Below, in pieces: positions 38,701 through 52,162 of a stretch of DNA of 64,000 nt. Position 1 is the stretch's first letter, and every line of letters begins with the position of its first letter. Position numbers and translations under genes: made by a program. This DNA comes from Sphyrna mokarran (lineage: Eukaryota), in contig JAGIQG010000001.1 of assembly GCA_024679065.1 (NCBI GenBank), positions 123,132,001-123,196,000 of the forward strand, written 5' to 3'. The notes under the pieces were generated by a model. It saw only the letters and a list, made by a program, of their open reading frames with translations. It searched no databases and was not told where the DNA came from.

Positions 38701-39479
38701 CCCTTACAGCTGTCACACAGCCTTAAGGATCACTGGAAGCTAACCATTATTCCTCCACCTCTAATACTCCTGCACACCCCAGGCAGTGGATTGGACCTGA
38801 ATAAGTACAGTCATGTACTGTCAGGCTACCTCTTTCGGAGTAGACTAGAGCCCAAATTTTTATGAATGTAACGACTGGTCATTTCTGATGTAAAGCCCGA
38901 AACTCTGTTGTAATGGAATTTTACTGCCACGCCTGTCCCGGAATCGGGATGGGCACGATTTGCGGATTGGAATTCTCCGTTGACCTTGGGCAGGATTTTA
39001 CAAGCCTCCCCCAAGCGAGGTTGTAAAATACCGGCCGATGTGTAGAGATCTTTGGTGCTTTTCGCATAAGAACTTAAATTGTTGTCCCTTTACAGTTGGA
39101 TCCTTGTGTCCTTTTCATATTGCTATGAGAATGATAAATGGTCATTCAGATCCTAGCAACAGTTGGCCCCAAACCAGCATGATTTCTCAAAAGAAAGAGC
39201 AACATGAGTCAAGATGCCCAAATCCTTCAATTGACATTTAAATCTGGCTAACATGTTTCAGCTGAGCCTTGCTTTCCATCTCCTGAAACTAAAAATTAGG
39301 TGGTACCCTTCAATCAAATCAAAGTACAACAGTCAACTCCTCCCACCAGCCCTCAGACTTATCCAGTGGCATTTTTCTCTAACTCATTCTTCATCAAATT
39401 TTCATCAGCCAAAATAGTGCTGTTCTAGTTCTAGTATGAGGCCACACATACAATGAGCTATTGAGACATTCCCATGAGA

Positions 39480-40080
39480 CCATCGAGTGCCTCCAACTGT
39501 GTTACCAGTTCCCTTTTACAGGCTGAAGATGCCTCCCCGACTGTTGACTTTGCCATATACTTTTCCACTGAATATCAAGCCACCAACCCGCCGGACCAAA
39601 CTTTGTGAGGGACTGACATTCCCTTTTTCATCCTGACTGTCTGGCGTGCCCAGCCCCAAGATTGCTTTTGCTTTCTGGTTCTAACTATAGGTCTACATAG
39701 CTCCAGAATTGCCATTGCTTTCTACTAGCACCGACTATATGTGTGCACAGCCCAAGGACTACTTCTGATTTATATTTCACCCGCCCTCCCCCCAGGTCAT
39801 GTGTTTCTGTCCACTCCTTCCCTCCTGAACTTTAGACAACACCTCCCCTGCCCCAACCCCCCCGATCATATGCCTCTGCTTTCCCTCTACTTCCTGCTTG
39901 TTCCCCACCATCCCCCATGTAACCCTTCCAATCTCTTCCCTTGTCTCAGTATAACCATCCCTATCCCCACCTTCCAATCAGGCGTGATTTACAACTCGTT
40001 TGCTTTCCCTCTGGTCTTGTCTGAGCATCTTTAATATAAAGTCAGAACAGACTGAACACAGTGCTTTGAAAGGTAGAAAA
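39480..40080 (+). mobile_element. Degraded Penelope-like fragment
   Basis: ctttgtgagggactgacattcc, ctccagaattgccattgct and C-rich ccccacc tracts resemble shark Penelope 3' regions. Confidence 0.4.
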
Positions 40081-42745
40081 GGGTTACATGCGAAAAACCA
40101 CAAAGTCACAAACAAAATGCAGTTCACCGGGTGCACATTTGTTATATCCAGTCATAATTCACGATGATCTAATTAGCTGCTGGTGTGGCTATTTAATTTG
40201 AAGTAGGGGGCATGATTCTTGCAAACTGGATTCTTAATGAGCATTCATGAGATGCAAATGCAGTTCTCAATATGTTGCGGCAAGTAGGTGGACTGGACAT
40301 GAAATTTCAGAGAACAAGATTACAATTCATTTTTATGCCAGCAAAAACCTAACTTTGCACACCAAATTTTTTTGGTTCCACTTGCCATGATGTTTGCTGC
40401 TGGTGGGATTGCAACACCCACCCTTACTCTTTCTGTCACCTACAACCAGAGTCTTAATGCTACATCTCTGGGGATCCATTGACCATGGTGGATGGAAATT
40501 GCTTTCCAGAAACCTTGCTTCTTCCAGTCATACCAACTGACATACCAGCCTAGAAACTTGCAATTTCACTGTTCATGCAGCCCAATAACAGTTTCAGCTG
40601 ATCAAATCTGAAGCTCCAAGATTACTTTTCAGACATCATAAAGCCAAAGGTTGAAAACTATATGATCACTTAGTGACTGTGCCTTTAAGTCACAGCATAC
40701 TTTGTCTTCCCCAAACATGGGCACATATCCACTGATAGGTGCTTTGAATGAGTAACACATTCACTTTATGTAAAGCATCTGAACCTGGAAGTATAAAGTA
40801 GGCCAGGTGCTTTCATCTGCCTATTTCCAATTCACTCCACAACAATTCTGTCTGGGTGCAGGAGAGATCCGGAATATCAGAACCACTAGCTTTATTGTTC
40901 TTTTGCATGGAATGGAAGATAAAACCTTTCTCCTGCAGCAGTTTAAGCAACTAATTATGATACTTGTATTACAAAGGGAAAAATAATTAATCTTTTTTTC
41001 AGGCAGTGTTGTTTATTCCTTCATACCATATCTGTCATATGCTTAACAAGTAGCTTTATTAATAGGATGGAATTATCTTAATTGTCTCTTATTGTAATTT
41101 TAAATTTTCAACAACGACTGCAAAATGAATTCTCTTTCAACTCGACTAAAGCTTTCTGCAAGGATTAATTTCGAATAAAATTGCAAACTGCTCTATATCA
41201 TCGGTAATGATCATCTAATCTGAACTCATTGGAACCATTTGGGATTCTTTTCATTGCTGAGGTCGCAGCAGCATGTTACAAAGATGTCTTTATGTTATAC
41301 TTCAGCTCAACTGACTTCTAATATCTGTTTAGCACATCTAAAGCCAGATTAATTGCATTAATTGGTATGTATGAAAGCATGAAGTGAAGTCTTTGTAATC
41401 AACTTGTATAATAATTGCCACTTTCAGACCTAATACTGCACCTTCGGGGTGCATTTGAAGCAAGCATTGGGGACATTCAAAAGTATTTAACTCAGTTGGA
41501 GCCTTACTGGTTTGTACTTCCAAATGAATCTAGGTCTTGGGTGAGGATTAAACTCATTTGAGCCAATTTAACACTTCTGAGAATTCTTCAGTCATTCAGT
41601 TCAGTATAGTACAGAATCTGCTACTGTATATAGTACAGAAGTGTCATGGGAACATCAGTGCAGGAGTTTTTTTTCTCGATTTAGGTTGCCACTGAGAAGG
41701 CATCGAAAAGGGATAGCATTATTTGTCTATAATTTAGTTACTCCTTTGAGGAATGTTACACTATTGTAGGAACTCCATTTGTGTTGTGTTTATACTTTGA
41801 TGAAGTCGATGTTAACTCCAACCATCTGGTAGCTACAATCACCCAGTGCCTTGGAATGCCAGGATTACAGTTGTTGGTATTTTCACTTAATGTTTTGAGC
41901 TGTCAACAAAAATGCCCATCCAAAATTGGTGGGCTTCTTTTCAATATCTGCACGTTTGGTTTTGATGTCATTTGGACCTGATTGCAATTTTTACTAGATG
42001 ACTCATGTGGGAAATGAGAAAATGGACCAGGAGATAATGGATAGAATTTTTCCAAAAAATGACAAAGTGCACAATCTTATGAAAAGAATTCTAAATGCCG
42101 AACAAGTGAGAAAACAGGAGAGAAAGGCACTATTCAGTGAATTGCGAGTCTCAATCTTACATCACTCAGTACAAAAAAAGAGCCTTGATGCAATTCTCAT
42201 TAATGGGGTGGGATATGGGGCAGTACGGCAGTGTGCAGAGCCTAAAGCCAAATGAAGCCAGCTGCAGAGCGCTTGGGGCACTATTACACAGGTGTCCCGA
42301 TCTCCCAGTGAACTCGGAGACCTTCTGCCACCCCTCCCGCCCCCATGAACATCTATTTCCCCACTCCTCCTCACCCTGCCAACTAATTGCTTCCTGTGTG
42401 CTAGTTCCCTGCCCCACCTCCCCCTCCCCTCACTTCACTGCCAATTATATGTTATATTCTGTGCTGGTCCCTCTCACCCTTGGCCATTAGCCCTCCACCA
42501 CATTCTTCTAAGCCTGCACAGTCGTGTGTTCCCCCCACCCTTCCGGCCAATCATCGGCCCTGTAGTGCTCCTTTGCGAAGCAGTATGATAGTGTTTCCAG
42601 CGGAGAATTAGTTAGGATAGACAGAATGAAATTGTTTCCTAATGTTGAGGGGCGTAAAAAGGCATCATTGATATCAGTTTAATTTTAAATGTTTCAAAAC
42701 ATAGAAGAAAACCAAAATTTTATTCTTGATGGCTGCAAGTCCGTG

Positions 42746-42809
42746 TTAATCTTGACACAGTAGCCACATTAACTTTCAATGGTTAATGTGGCTACTATGT
42801 CAAGATTAA
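42746..42809. other. Hairpin: 28-bp stem (1 mismatch), 8-nt loop
   Basis: ttaatcttgacacagtagccacattaac-tttcaatg-gttaatgtggctactatgtcaagattaa. Confidence 0.9.
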
Positions 42810-43549
42810 ATTGGATAGTTGGATGACGGAAAAGGATTGAGAGGATATTGGACCAGAGTGAATAAATGTGATTAGGATCGTTAGATTACATGTTGGATAA
42901 TAATAATATCCACTATTTGGGTAAGGTGGCCTGTCTCTGTGTTGTAACTTAAATGTATTTGAATATAAGTATTCTGTTGTGCAATCGGGGAAGAATTTGA
43001 ACATGAGAGTCAAACTTCATCAATTTTCAAAAAATCCTAAGGTGATTTGTTTCACATATTCAATAAATCCATACCTTATTATTAAATCGCTTGCTTTTTG
43101 GTGAACAAATAAATAAAGTTCCTTTTGTTATTAATATGGGATTACATATTAGTTTAAGATGGAAGTTTATTGTTTTCTTCCATTGCAAAATACAAAGGTC
43201 AAGATCTTCCAATCCTGCCAAAGTTAGTGGCTTTTGGGTTGCTAGCCGACCATGTCACTGGGAAACCTGCCACAGGAAGTTTTCTTCAGCAGGATTGCAA
43301 GTTCCCACTGGCAAAAAGGGTCAGAAATTCCTGGCCAAAAACTGTATATAAAATCAGAGTTGCTGCAGCAACTTCATGAACATTTGTGTCCCTGCTAGAA
43401 TGAAAGATTTGTGCTTCAAGACAGACATGGTGCATAAATTGTCACTTTGTACAATAACAACGAGGATCTCAGTGAATGTAATAATTGCTAAGGCATCTCC
43501 TCATTAAACAGATTAGGAATTTTCTTTGCTTGTGTTGCTTTGAGCAGAT

Positions 43550-43705
43550 TGCTGAATCTGGCATCACCATCAACTTCGAGTGAAATGTTATTTGCTGATG
43601 ATGCTACACTGGCATCCTGCATTGAAGTTGATTTGCAACAGCTTGTAGATTGCTTCTGGATGGCCTGCAAGGAGTTTGGAGGGACAATCATTGTCAGGAA
43701 GATCT
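43550..43705 (+). mobile_element. RTE (BovB-like) RT catalytic fragment
   Basis: Reads EMLFADDATLASCIEVDLQQLVDCFWMACKEFGGTIIVRK, matching the RTE motif LFADD..LQ.L.D.F..AC..FGLTI. Confidence 0.8.
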
Positions 43706-43759
43706 GGCAATGACATCCTGAGGATAAGATTGGAACCTTCTGACTCATATTTTAATCTT

Positions 43760-44600
43760 CTTAAGAATATTATTATTGAGAGGACAAAGTTTAACCAGAA
43801 CTGTCAACAATAGGGTGAAGAGATTGATTCATTCACCAATGAATTGTAGTGCCTGGTCATAAATTGAGAGTATGGAATAGTCTTTGGTATTTTAGATAAG
43901 AATCTCTGCCACTGCTTACAACCTCAAAAAGATTTAAATTAAAGCACAGCTGTGCAGCTCACCAGACAGTTCAAAGAGCAAAGGCAGAAAAAGGCTTTTG
44001 TGTGAGATAGGAGAGAAACTTCCCAAGATCAATGCAATGAAGTCATTCAATTTGTAGATTCTAAAACGGAAAATATAGGAAAGCTATATTCAGAGAAATG
44101 ACCTGAAAATGTACCAGTGGTCTTTTTCCAGTGGCCCTGCTGTGGCAGGAAGAAGGTCCACAAGCGGAAAGAATGTCCTGCTCAAATTATGTAGTGTCAT
44201 GGATGTGGCAAGTTAGGCCCAAGTAGTCTGCTGTTTCAGGAAGTCTGTGTTTACAAAACAGAAAGTGAATTATGTCAAAGGAATCACCATCCAAGAAAAT
44301 CAAGACCTTGACATTTTGGAAAATACTTTTTTTAAAAGGAAAAATAGAAATTGCTGGTAATGAAAATCAGTTTTGGAATGTTCTCATTCAGGTAAATGAG
44401 CAGGTGTCCCAGTTTTATCTGACAAAGTTTCATGGGTAATTAATGTAATTCTGCAACCTTCCTCTAAGCAACTTCAAGGTGCAGGAATATCACAGTAACA
44501 GCACGAGAGCAGTAGCAAGTTATCCTTCACTCGAAAGACAGAGAGATTATTGATGCACTCGGTGATATTACACATGTGTTCATCATGAGATATAGAAGGA
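43760..44600 (+). mobile_element. Gypsy gag-protease relic
   Basis: GEEIDSFTNEL, AVQLTRQ, double zinc knuckle CCGRKKVHKRKECPAQIM*CHGCGKLG (44137-44220), protease-like AGVPVLSD at about 44400. Confidence 0.7.
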
Positions 44601-47139
44601 AAAATCTTACGAGCCTCAGAACACACAATTCTCATCAATAAGACCTTGTTTTCTGATTCATCTCGCCCTTTGCCAGTGAAGTGACGTGGGCGGGAACCTC
44701 ATTTCAATACATTTTAATAGATTAGAAAATAATGAAAAGAGCTTCCTCACCATATGTTCCCCACATTTTTAGAATTCACCCAGTGAGATTTACAACAGGT
44801 GTTTAAAAATGTGAAGCAAATCAAGGGAAACCTACAGGTACACAAAGATGTTGCTCGCTAAGGGAGAGGACCATGTCCACATTGCTCTTGGGAACTCTGG
44901 CATTTCCTCCTAGTGTTTTCCCCCAGCACAGCCTTTTTCACAAAGGAACCGAAATGTCAATAAATAAATAACTGAATTTTTAATCGACTAACCCATGATT
45001 AGACATAGATCACTAGTTGGGCCACAGGGCGGACATTTGGTGGCTTGGTACATATGAATTATTTTGTCACAGAAATGCAGTATAAAGCTCCTTCTGCTAC
45101 AACATTCTGCAATTACAATGATAGAAGATCATTTTAAACTACAGTAGTGCAGCATGTTTTAATTTCTCATCCCCCAGTTAATTTATAAATTTAGTTGGGA
45201 AGATTTTATATTTGCCTTTCCCAATGAAAATCCTAAATAATGTACAGAAGAACTCTTCATAAGCACATTAAAAAGTGTGGTTTTGCTTAGCACCAAGGAA
45301 TTCTTACTCGTTTATTGCTTCTTTGGGTGAGGCTGCCAATTGGTGCTGATAGTGTTGTTAATTTTGAAGTACTGATATGAATCCAGTGGGAAATAAGTTG
45401 AGTTAAATAGATTCATACAGCTACTGGATAAAGATTTTCATTTTGGACAGGGTGCAAGTTTCAGAGTTGTTAAAAGTTGTTGTACCATGAGTCCAGCCAG
45501 GCAAATGATTCTTTTCCAACTTTTCTTATTCTGGGATATATTTCCACTTTATCATGGCAGAAATAAAGAAAAACACTAATTCATCAATAATAATTTTTAT
45601 TTGTTTATCCACATAACTGATCGCATTTGAAAGTAATTTCATTTGTGTTATGTACTATGGAACATTTTTAAAATGTGCCATGTAGCACAAAGTAATTTAT
45701 TTTTATTTGGCAAAATTGTTTTGGTGGAACTGTTTCACAATTCTTTCACAACAATGCCAAATTACAGCATATAACCCTGCTCATGCTACTTTGCATTTAA
45801 CAGAATTATATTGCTTTTTTTTTGCTTAGGAATTTTAATATGCCAAATAAATGTTTGAGCTGTCATTTGCATTTATACAATTTTGAAAAAAAACATTAAT
45901 AAAATTTAGTCCCTAATTGACTGAAGTCACTGGGTTGTCAGGTCTCATAAATACTTCTAGACTCAAGGTCATAGCCGTTAGCTTATAAACTATGCATAAT
46001 CATTTGGACTTCACTTTTGCACAACAGACGCAAAATGACAGACATTAGTAAGTACTTCAATATGTTTTTATAAATAGATATCCTGTGGGTTATTTTAGAA
46101 AGTTAATGGCGTTAATTTTCATCCTCACTATATGGGTGATAATCCTGTGGAGAGGATCTTCTGCTGATTATTGAATTTGCCCAATTTTTGTTCCACTGAT
46201 TAAATGGAGATGATTAGGTTTTTTTAAATTATAGAATCAATCGTCTGAAAGGTATTGGGGGTGGAATTGGTCAGTAGAGCAAAACAGGCTGGTCATGAAA
46301 CAGCAGTGATATTTCACTGTACAAAATCTTCTTTCAACTGGAGTTCACAGAATGATAGTTCAAACTCTTTAATGTATGGGCCTTGCTGCAAGTTTTCTTT
46401 GATTTGAATTGAAAGATCTTGGCCATGTTCTCCAAGGAAAATAGAAATTGGTAGAGTACAAAGCTGACTGCTGATTTGCTGTGAACTAATTTGCACTGCT
46501 GTCGTGGGTGGCACAATTTCATCCTGGCTATAATTTTACATTTTATTGTTATTTTCATCCTTTCAAAATAAAGAAGAATGATTTGCAAGTTAACACCTTA
46601 CATGGCAACAGAATGATTTAAAACATTTGACAATGTACTCCTGAACCATCGGAAATACGTGAGATAGGCTTCCAGGCCTATGCTGAGTTAGTTGATTTCT
46701 GGTAAGCTGACAGTTGAACAATGCATTTGGCATTGTTCCTCTGCTAATGAGGAGAAAAAATTTCCAGGGTTAATATTTCAGATTCCCATCCACTGAAACA
46801 GTTAGAATGCGCTTTTGCCTAGTTCAGATGAGGACAAATTGGTCTCACCTGATGTTTTTGTTCATATAATCTATCAAACAACTTCTTGGCCAGGTTCACA
46901 CTTCCATGAGGTATGTAAAGCTTGTGCATGTATAGCACAATTTTTTTTTCAAATTCATTTTCAGGATTTGGATGTGATTCTGAGAATGGGTAAACATTGC
47001 TTGAAGTTCTGAAACAAATGATTGACTTGCTTTAGACCTTTACGGGGAGATTAAACAGTCTGCTATTTTCTTTTGAGACTGAAATAAGATACAAGCCAAA
47101 TCTGTTAAAGGTGGCAGATGTCCTTAATTTTACAAAGAA

Positions 47140-47830
47140 AGTGAGTAAATGAGAGAATGCAGCATTTGTAGGGAGAAAAAAATGAAGTTAATGTTTCAAG
47201 TCCATTTGACTCTTCATCAGAAGTAAAAAGAGGGAAAATGTACTGGATATTTAACTGTAGCTGGGAGACATTGCAAAAGATATAATGAACTTAAGAACGA
47301 GCGACAGATGACCCGGTGTGGATGGAGGGAAGGGAGGGTTTTTGAGATGATAAATATATAAGATATTTTAAAAAGGGGTTAAGATGGAGATGAAAGATTA
47401 CCATTAAAGTTGTTGAACTCAGTGTTGAGTACTGAGGGCTGCCTTATTCCTTATCAAAAGAAGAGATGCTGCTTCTCCAACGCTGCTTCTGCATTGGACT
47501 TCACTGGAGCTTAGCCGCAGGCCAAGGATGGACATGTGGGCATAACAGCAAGGTGCTGAGTTAAAATGGCAAGTGACAAGAAGGTTTGGCAATGTGAATG
47601 TGGAGGCTGCTGGGATGGAAAGTGAAGACGGGGATTTGGTTCATGGTTCTGGGAGGGAGGCAAAGGGGTGAGGGCAGTGATGCAGGAAATGGGTCAAACC
47701 CACTTGAGTGCCCTGGGCGTTTTTGGCAGGGGGAGGGGGGATCTCAAATAAGTTAAAAATCAGACATGTCTGAAGTGCCATTTTCAAAGGTGATGTCACC
47801 AAAACAGAGACTTGAGAGGCAGAGAAACTG
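47140..47830 (-). mobile_element. Penelope-like element (GIY-YIG 3' region plus terminal repeat) inserted in a SINE
   Basis: ttaaagttgttgaactcagtgttgagtactgagggctgcc, gatgctgcttctcc, ggacatgtgggcat..gagttaaaatggc are typical Penelope endonuclease-end segments; the flanks 46960-47135 and 47840-47998 are halves of a SINE like 48935-49272. Confidence 0.7.
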
Positions 47831-48934
47831 CGAAAAACTAGTTAGACAATCTAACACCTTCATGGTCACATCTACTTCCACCAGCTTTTTATATCCAGAC
47901 ATTTAAATTCATATCTAAAAACTGTCTGTGGGATTTGCATTTTTAATCAAGGCATCTGGATCACTAGTTCAGTAACATGGCCATTATGGTACTATATCCA
48001 AAGTTGATGAAGGTAATGGGGAGAAGCACGTGGAAAATGTAAAAATACACTCAAATGCAGATTTTTCCACCATTAAAAAAAGTACAAAGGTATCGTATTT
48101 TTCATAGCACATTGCCTCTTGATGTTATTTATGCCAGTTTTATTTAAAATGTGAATGTGCTTACAGGGAACATGTAGCACACAAAGGAATCATGTGACAC
48201 ATATAATTCACATATAAGTAACCTGTCTGGAAAAATGCTTTCTAGTGTATCTGTGAAATATATATTATTATAATTCCAGCCTGGAGTGTTGGAGATGAGA
48301 AACAGTTTTTTTTTAATCTAAAGTAATTTAAAACTTGTCTGCATACAAAAGTAGCTGCTTGGGACAATTGAAAGGTTTTGCTAGCTTGGTAGATACCCTT
48401 CCTTGTGATCTGAGTGCACATCATTGTCAGGCATATAAACAAACTTCCTTGACCTTGGAGGTTTGCAACAGACAAATCATGATAAGTAAACTAGAAGTTA
48501 TCCCCATCACAGATTTTTGAGGTTTCACCGTTCTTCATCCAGACTGCTCTGCCACTGTTTAAAACACTTGTCATTTGAAATTATATTTTTCTTTTGCAAA
48601 AAATATACCACCTTAATTACAGGCTTTCACTCCACCAGGTTGCTATAGATATTGCTTGTGACTACATGCTTGTTATCACATATTACTAATGTGATCTCCA
48701 CTGACAGCATTGGTGTTGCTACATGCCCAGTAGCAGAAAACCTTTGCTTGGCTTGCTCATGCCACTTTGGATTGGCATGTGTATGGAGGAATGTTACTGT
48801 TAAACATGGTCCATATGTACCAATATTTGTTAGAAAGGACTAACAATTGCCATCCATACAATTCTGAGAGGCACTAGATATATACTACTGACTCCGCACT
48901 ACAATGTGTGGATTGTAAGTTGTGTGTAGAAGGT

Positions 48935-49272
48935 TTTTTTTTCATTCATGGGACATGAGGATCGCTAGCTGGTGAATATTTATTGCCCATCCTAGTTGAG
49001 AGTCAACCATATTGCTGTGGCTCTGGAATCACATGTAGGCCAGACCAAATAAGAATGGCAGATTTCCTTCTCTAAAAGATATTAGTGAACTAGATGGGTT
49101 TTTCCGATAATCGACAATGGTTTCATAGTCACCAGTAGATTCTTAATTCCAGATTTTTTAAAATTGAATTCAAATTCCCTCATCTGCTGTGGTGGGATTC
49201 GAATCCAGATCCCCAGAAAATTAGCTGAGTTTCTGGATTAATAATCTAGTGATAATACCAAGAGGCCATCAC
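48935..49272 (-). mobile_element. tRNA-derived shark SINE (non-V type)
   Basis: Minus strand has gatggcctcttggtattatcactagatt..ggatctggattcgaatcccaccacag (B box), body ggaaatctgccattcttatttggtctggcctacatgtg, and tail gggcaataaat..cccatgaatgaaaaaa. Confidence 0.85.
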
Positions 49273-51944
49273 TTTCCTACCAATGCTAAATGTATGAAGC
49301 ATGGTAAATGGATATGAAAGGTAACTTTTGAGTCCCAATTGATAGAGATGGGTGGATGTGGGTGTAAAGAACTGAGCATTGGAAGAAGTAGTAATGCATT
49401 TGATAGGATGTGACAATAGAAGATGAACTCACTTAATTTGACGATATGTTACAGGTTTAACAATTTTTATGTACTACATTCAGGTGCTTGGAGAAACATC
49501 TTGACATTGACCTCCTCTGCCATAACTTTTCTCATTGCCTCTTCCCATAATGGAGGGATTTTTACCTGCCCTTTAGATACAGGGACCAGAATTTTACCGC
49601 CCACCACGGGAATCAGAGCATGCAAGGGGCAGTCCATAGTTCAGGTCCATTATGGTTCCAGAATGAGAGAGACCATAAAATCCCACCCAGGGTATCTTTC
49701 TTCCTGTTATTATTTGTTCTGTCAGAAGTTTTTAGTGCTTAATCTCATGCATGATCAGCCATTCCTCAAAGAATCACAGCCCAAATTCCATTTTCAAACA
49801 ATTCCCATCATTTCTTGCAGTTGCAACCACCCTTTTAAGAGATGTAGACATCTTTAGGAATACAAGATACTTGTGATATTAGATCCTCTTGATGCATGCA
49901 ACCAATTGAACACAATGTGGAGTGCTGGCTGCACTTATTTTTAAAGAAGGCAGTGCCATGTTAATCACTACACATTTTCGGAATTTAGCCAAATTGATTC
50001 TCACTTAGTTTCAGTGCCACAGGAACCTGAGCTTTTACTAAAAGCCTTAATGATTTAACAGGTTTCTGGATAATGAATCATGCGACAACAGCATGTTAAG
50101 GATAAGCATTTGAGTGATTTTTATTTAATAAGCCACTTTCGTTTGGTCACATATGAAAGATTTATCTCCTTTCACAAGAATATTTCTTTCATAATACAAT
50201 AATTGAAATATTGTTTTTCACCCGGGAAGAGATTAAGGAGAGCTGTCGCATCATTTTGATCACATCATCGGATTCAATAGTAAAATGAGTAATTCATCAT
50301 GTTTCATTGTTCATAAGTGAATGTAAAATGATTTGTTAAACAAGTTTTCCACCGAATTTGATGCATCCTTTGTCAAAGCTTTCTCTTCAGATACAATGGG
50401 TGGAATTCTTCCATACTCCACCAGTGAGTTTGGGAGAGTCGGGGTGGTGGTGGTGGTTGGAGAGTGAGGGAGGAGGGGGAATTGACAGGACACTCAAAAT
50501 TCAGTTTTATTCCAGTGTGAATTTTTCACGTTATTTTCCATCAGTACTCATCATGGAGGATCAGGAATCCCAATGGAGGCCACTGTGAAACTCTAATAAA
50601 AGAGGGGATGCAAATAAAGGCCCAACTGGAATCTTCCTCCTATTGCATCAATGGGAAAATATGTCAGTTTGTCCGTGGCTTGCAAAAGTTGAGACTCACC
50701 TTTCAGACCTTACTCACACATCACGGACATCCGAGGACAAGATGACGTTGGAGGCCTGCAGCTCATGGCCACTAGAGGAATACATCATGCCTCGAATTAT
50801 GGATGATTCATCATGTCATTGGTACCACAATGAAGCATTCTGCTGGACAAGGATCTCCATGGCTTCTGCTACGTTTCCCACAGAGATTGTGATGTGGGAA
50901 TCACTTCAGAGCAAGCAGACAGACTCCTTTGACTTATGTGCCACTCTGCTGAAGGCTTTCTAATGTCTAATGTTCCCTCGCTTTTTGTTGACTCTCTCTC
51001 CACCTTGAGTGGAGACGAATTCCAAAGGCTCATCATCAGGCTCAGAATTCATAGATGCCTTTTTCCCAGCAGCCCTGAGAGCTAGGGAGCATTGCTTAAC
51101 TTACATCTTAAAACCCTGAACATGCATCTGTGCGGTCACTACCTGATTCTGTGACTCTTCCACAACCAGTAATACCCACGAAGTTATGTGTACCTGAGCT
51201 GGTCGAAGGTGCATGAGTGTTGTGATGCCTTGAACAGTATAGAGTTCTTCTCTTCTGCTCCCGTACAGCTCCATTGTGGGCTGGAGCTGGGGCAGGAAAA
51301 GATATCCTTCACTCTTTGGGCCTTGGTCTCTTCCTGAATTCATCTGTAAGTGAGAAAGAAGTGCACAAATGACAGCATCAGCTGCTTCCAAGATCACATG
51401 GATGAATCCTTAGTGGGTCCATGGCTAAGATCAAGCTCCCCATTGTTGATAGTTCTTCTGTGCACAATTCCCGCAAACTCAGATGCCCTCTCTTCGAACT
51501 TTGTGAGAACCCTCAGGCATGACTCCCCCTTCCCCACCAACACATGCAGTAATAGCAATCCTCACTACAACTGGAGATTTTTATTAAAAGAACAGTTCTT
51601 GGGATGGTATTTGATCATTATGATCAAGCATAGCTGTTTGCTGTTGGTAACACTGGGAGCAAGTAAAGAGATTTCGAACCATCAACATGGAAACATTGGA
51701 TGCCAAGAACAAACAGGTGTTGCTATGATTGAAATAACATGAAATATATTGTGTGGTACTGTAATTAACACATCATTTGAATATGTTTACTCATTGCTGG
51801 ATAGAAATATTCAATGATTGCCATCACTTATGTTGAAAAATTCCCAAAGTGTTAGTGACCTATGGGAAGAAATCTAGTGGATTGGGTCTCTGTCCTCCTT
51901 AGTACTGGCCAAAATCTAGTCTAGTAGTTTACAGTGAAAGAGTG

Positions 51945-52162
51945 TGTAATATCTTGGAAAGAGTGGGGACAATGGAATGAGGAACTATTTATTAACAGGA
52001 ATAATCATGTACAGTGAGTGAGAAAGATGCTACAGTTTACTTTGACTGCAGACTGCTGGAGAGAGCCCATGCTCAGCCTCAGGATTTGCATGCTTTGGCC
52101 TAATTGGCTGGAGGAGTCATATGACTTTCCAAAACCTTGCCCTTTAAAGGGCTTGCTGCTAG
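51945..52162 (-). repeat. Probable solo Gypsy LTR
   Basis: Minus strand starts tagcagcaagccctttaaagggc (compare 6346 tagtagcaagcccctttaagggg), has aataaa, and ends ..attaca. Confidence 0.55.

Noticed and set aside
46314-46588. Overlapping minus-strand ORFs in unique DNA
   Set aside because: No recognisable domain or convincing splice sites; lengths are compatible with chance.
50640-51750. Cluster of roughly 100-130-aa ORFs, possibly a second Harbinger transposase relic
   Set aside because: Motif resemblance is too weak to support without a profile search.
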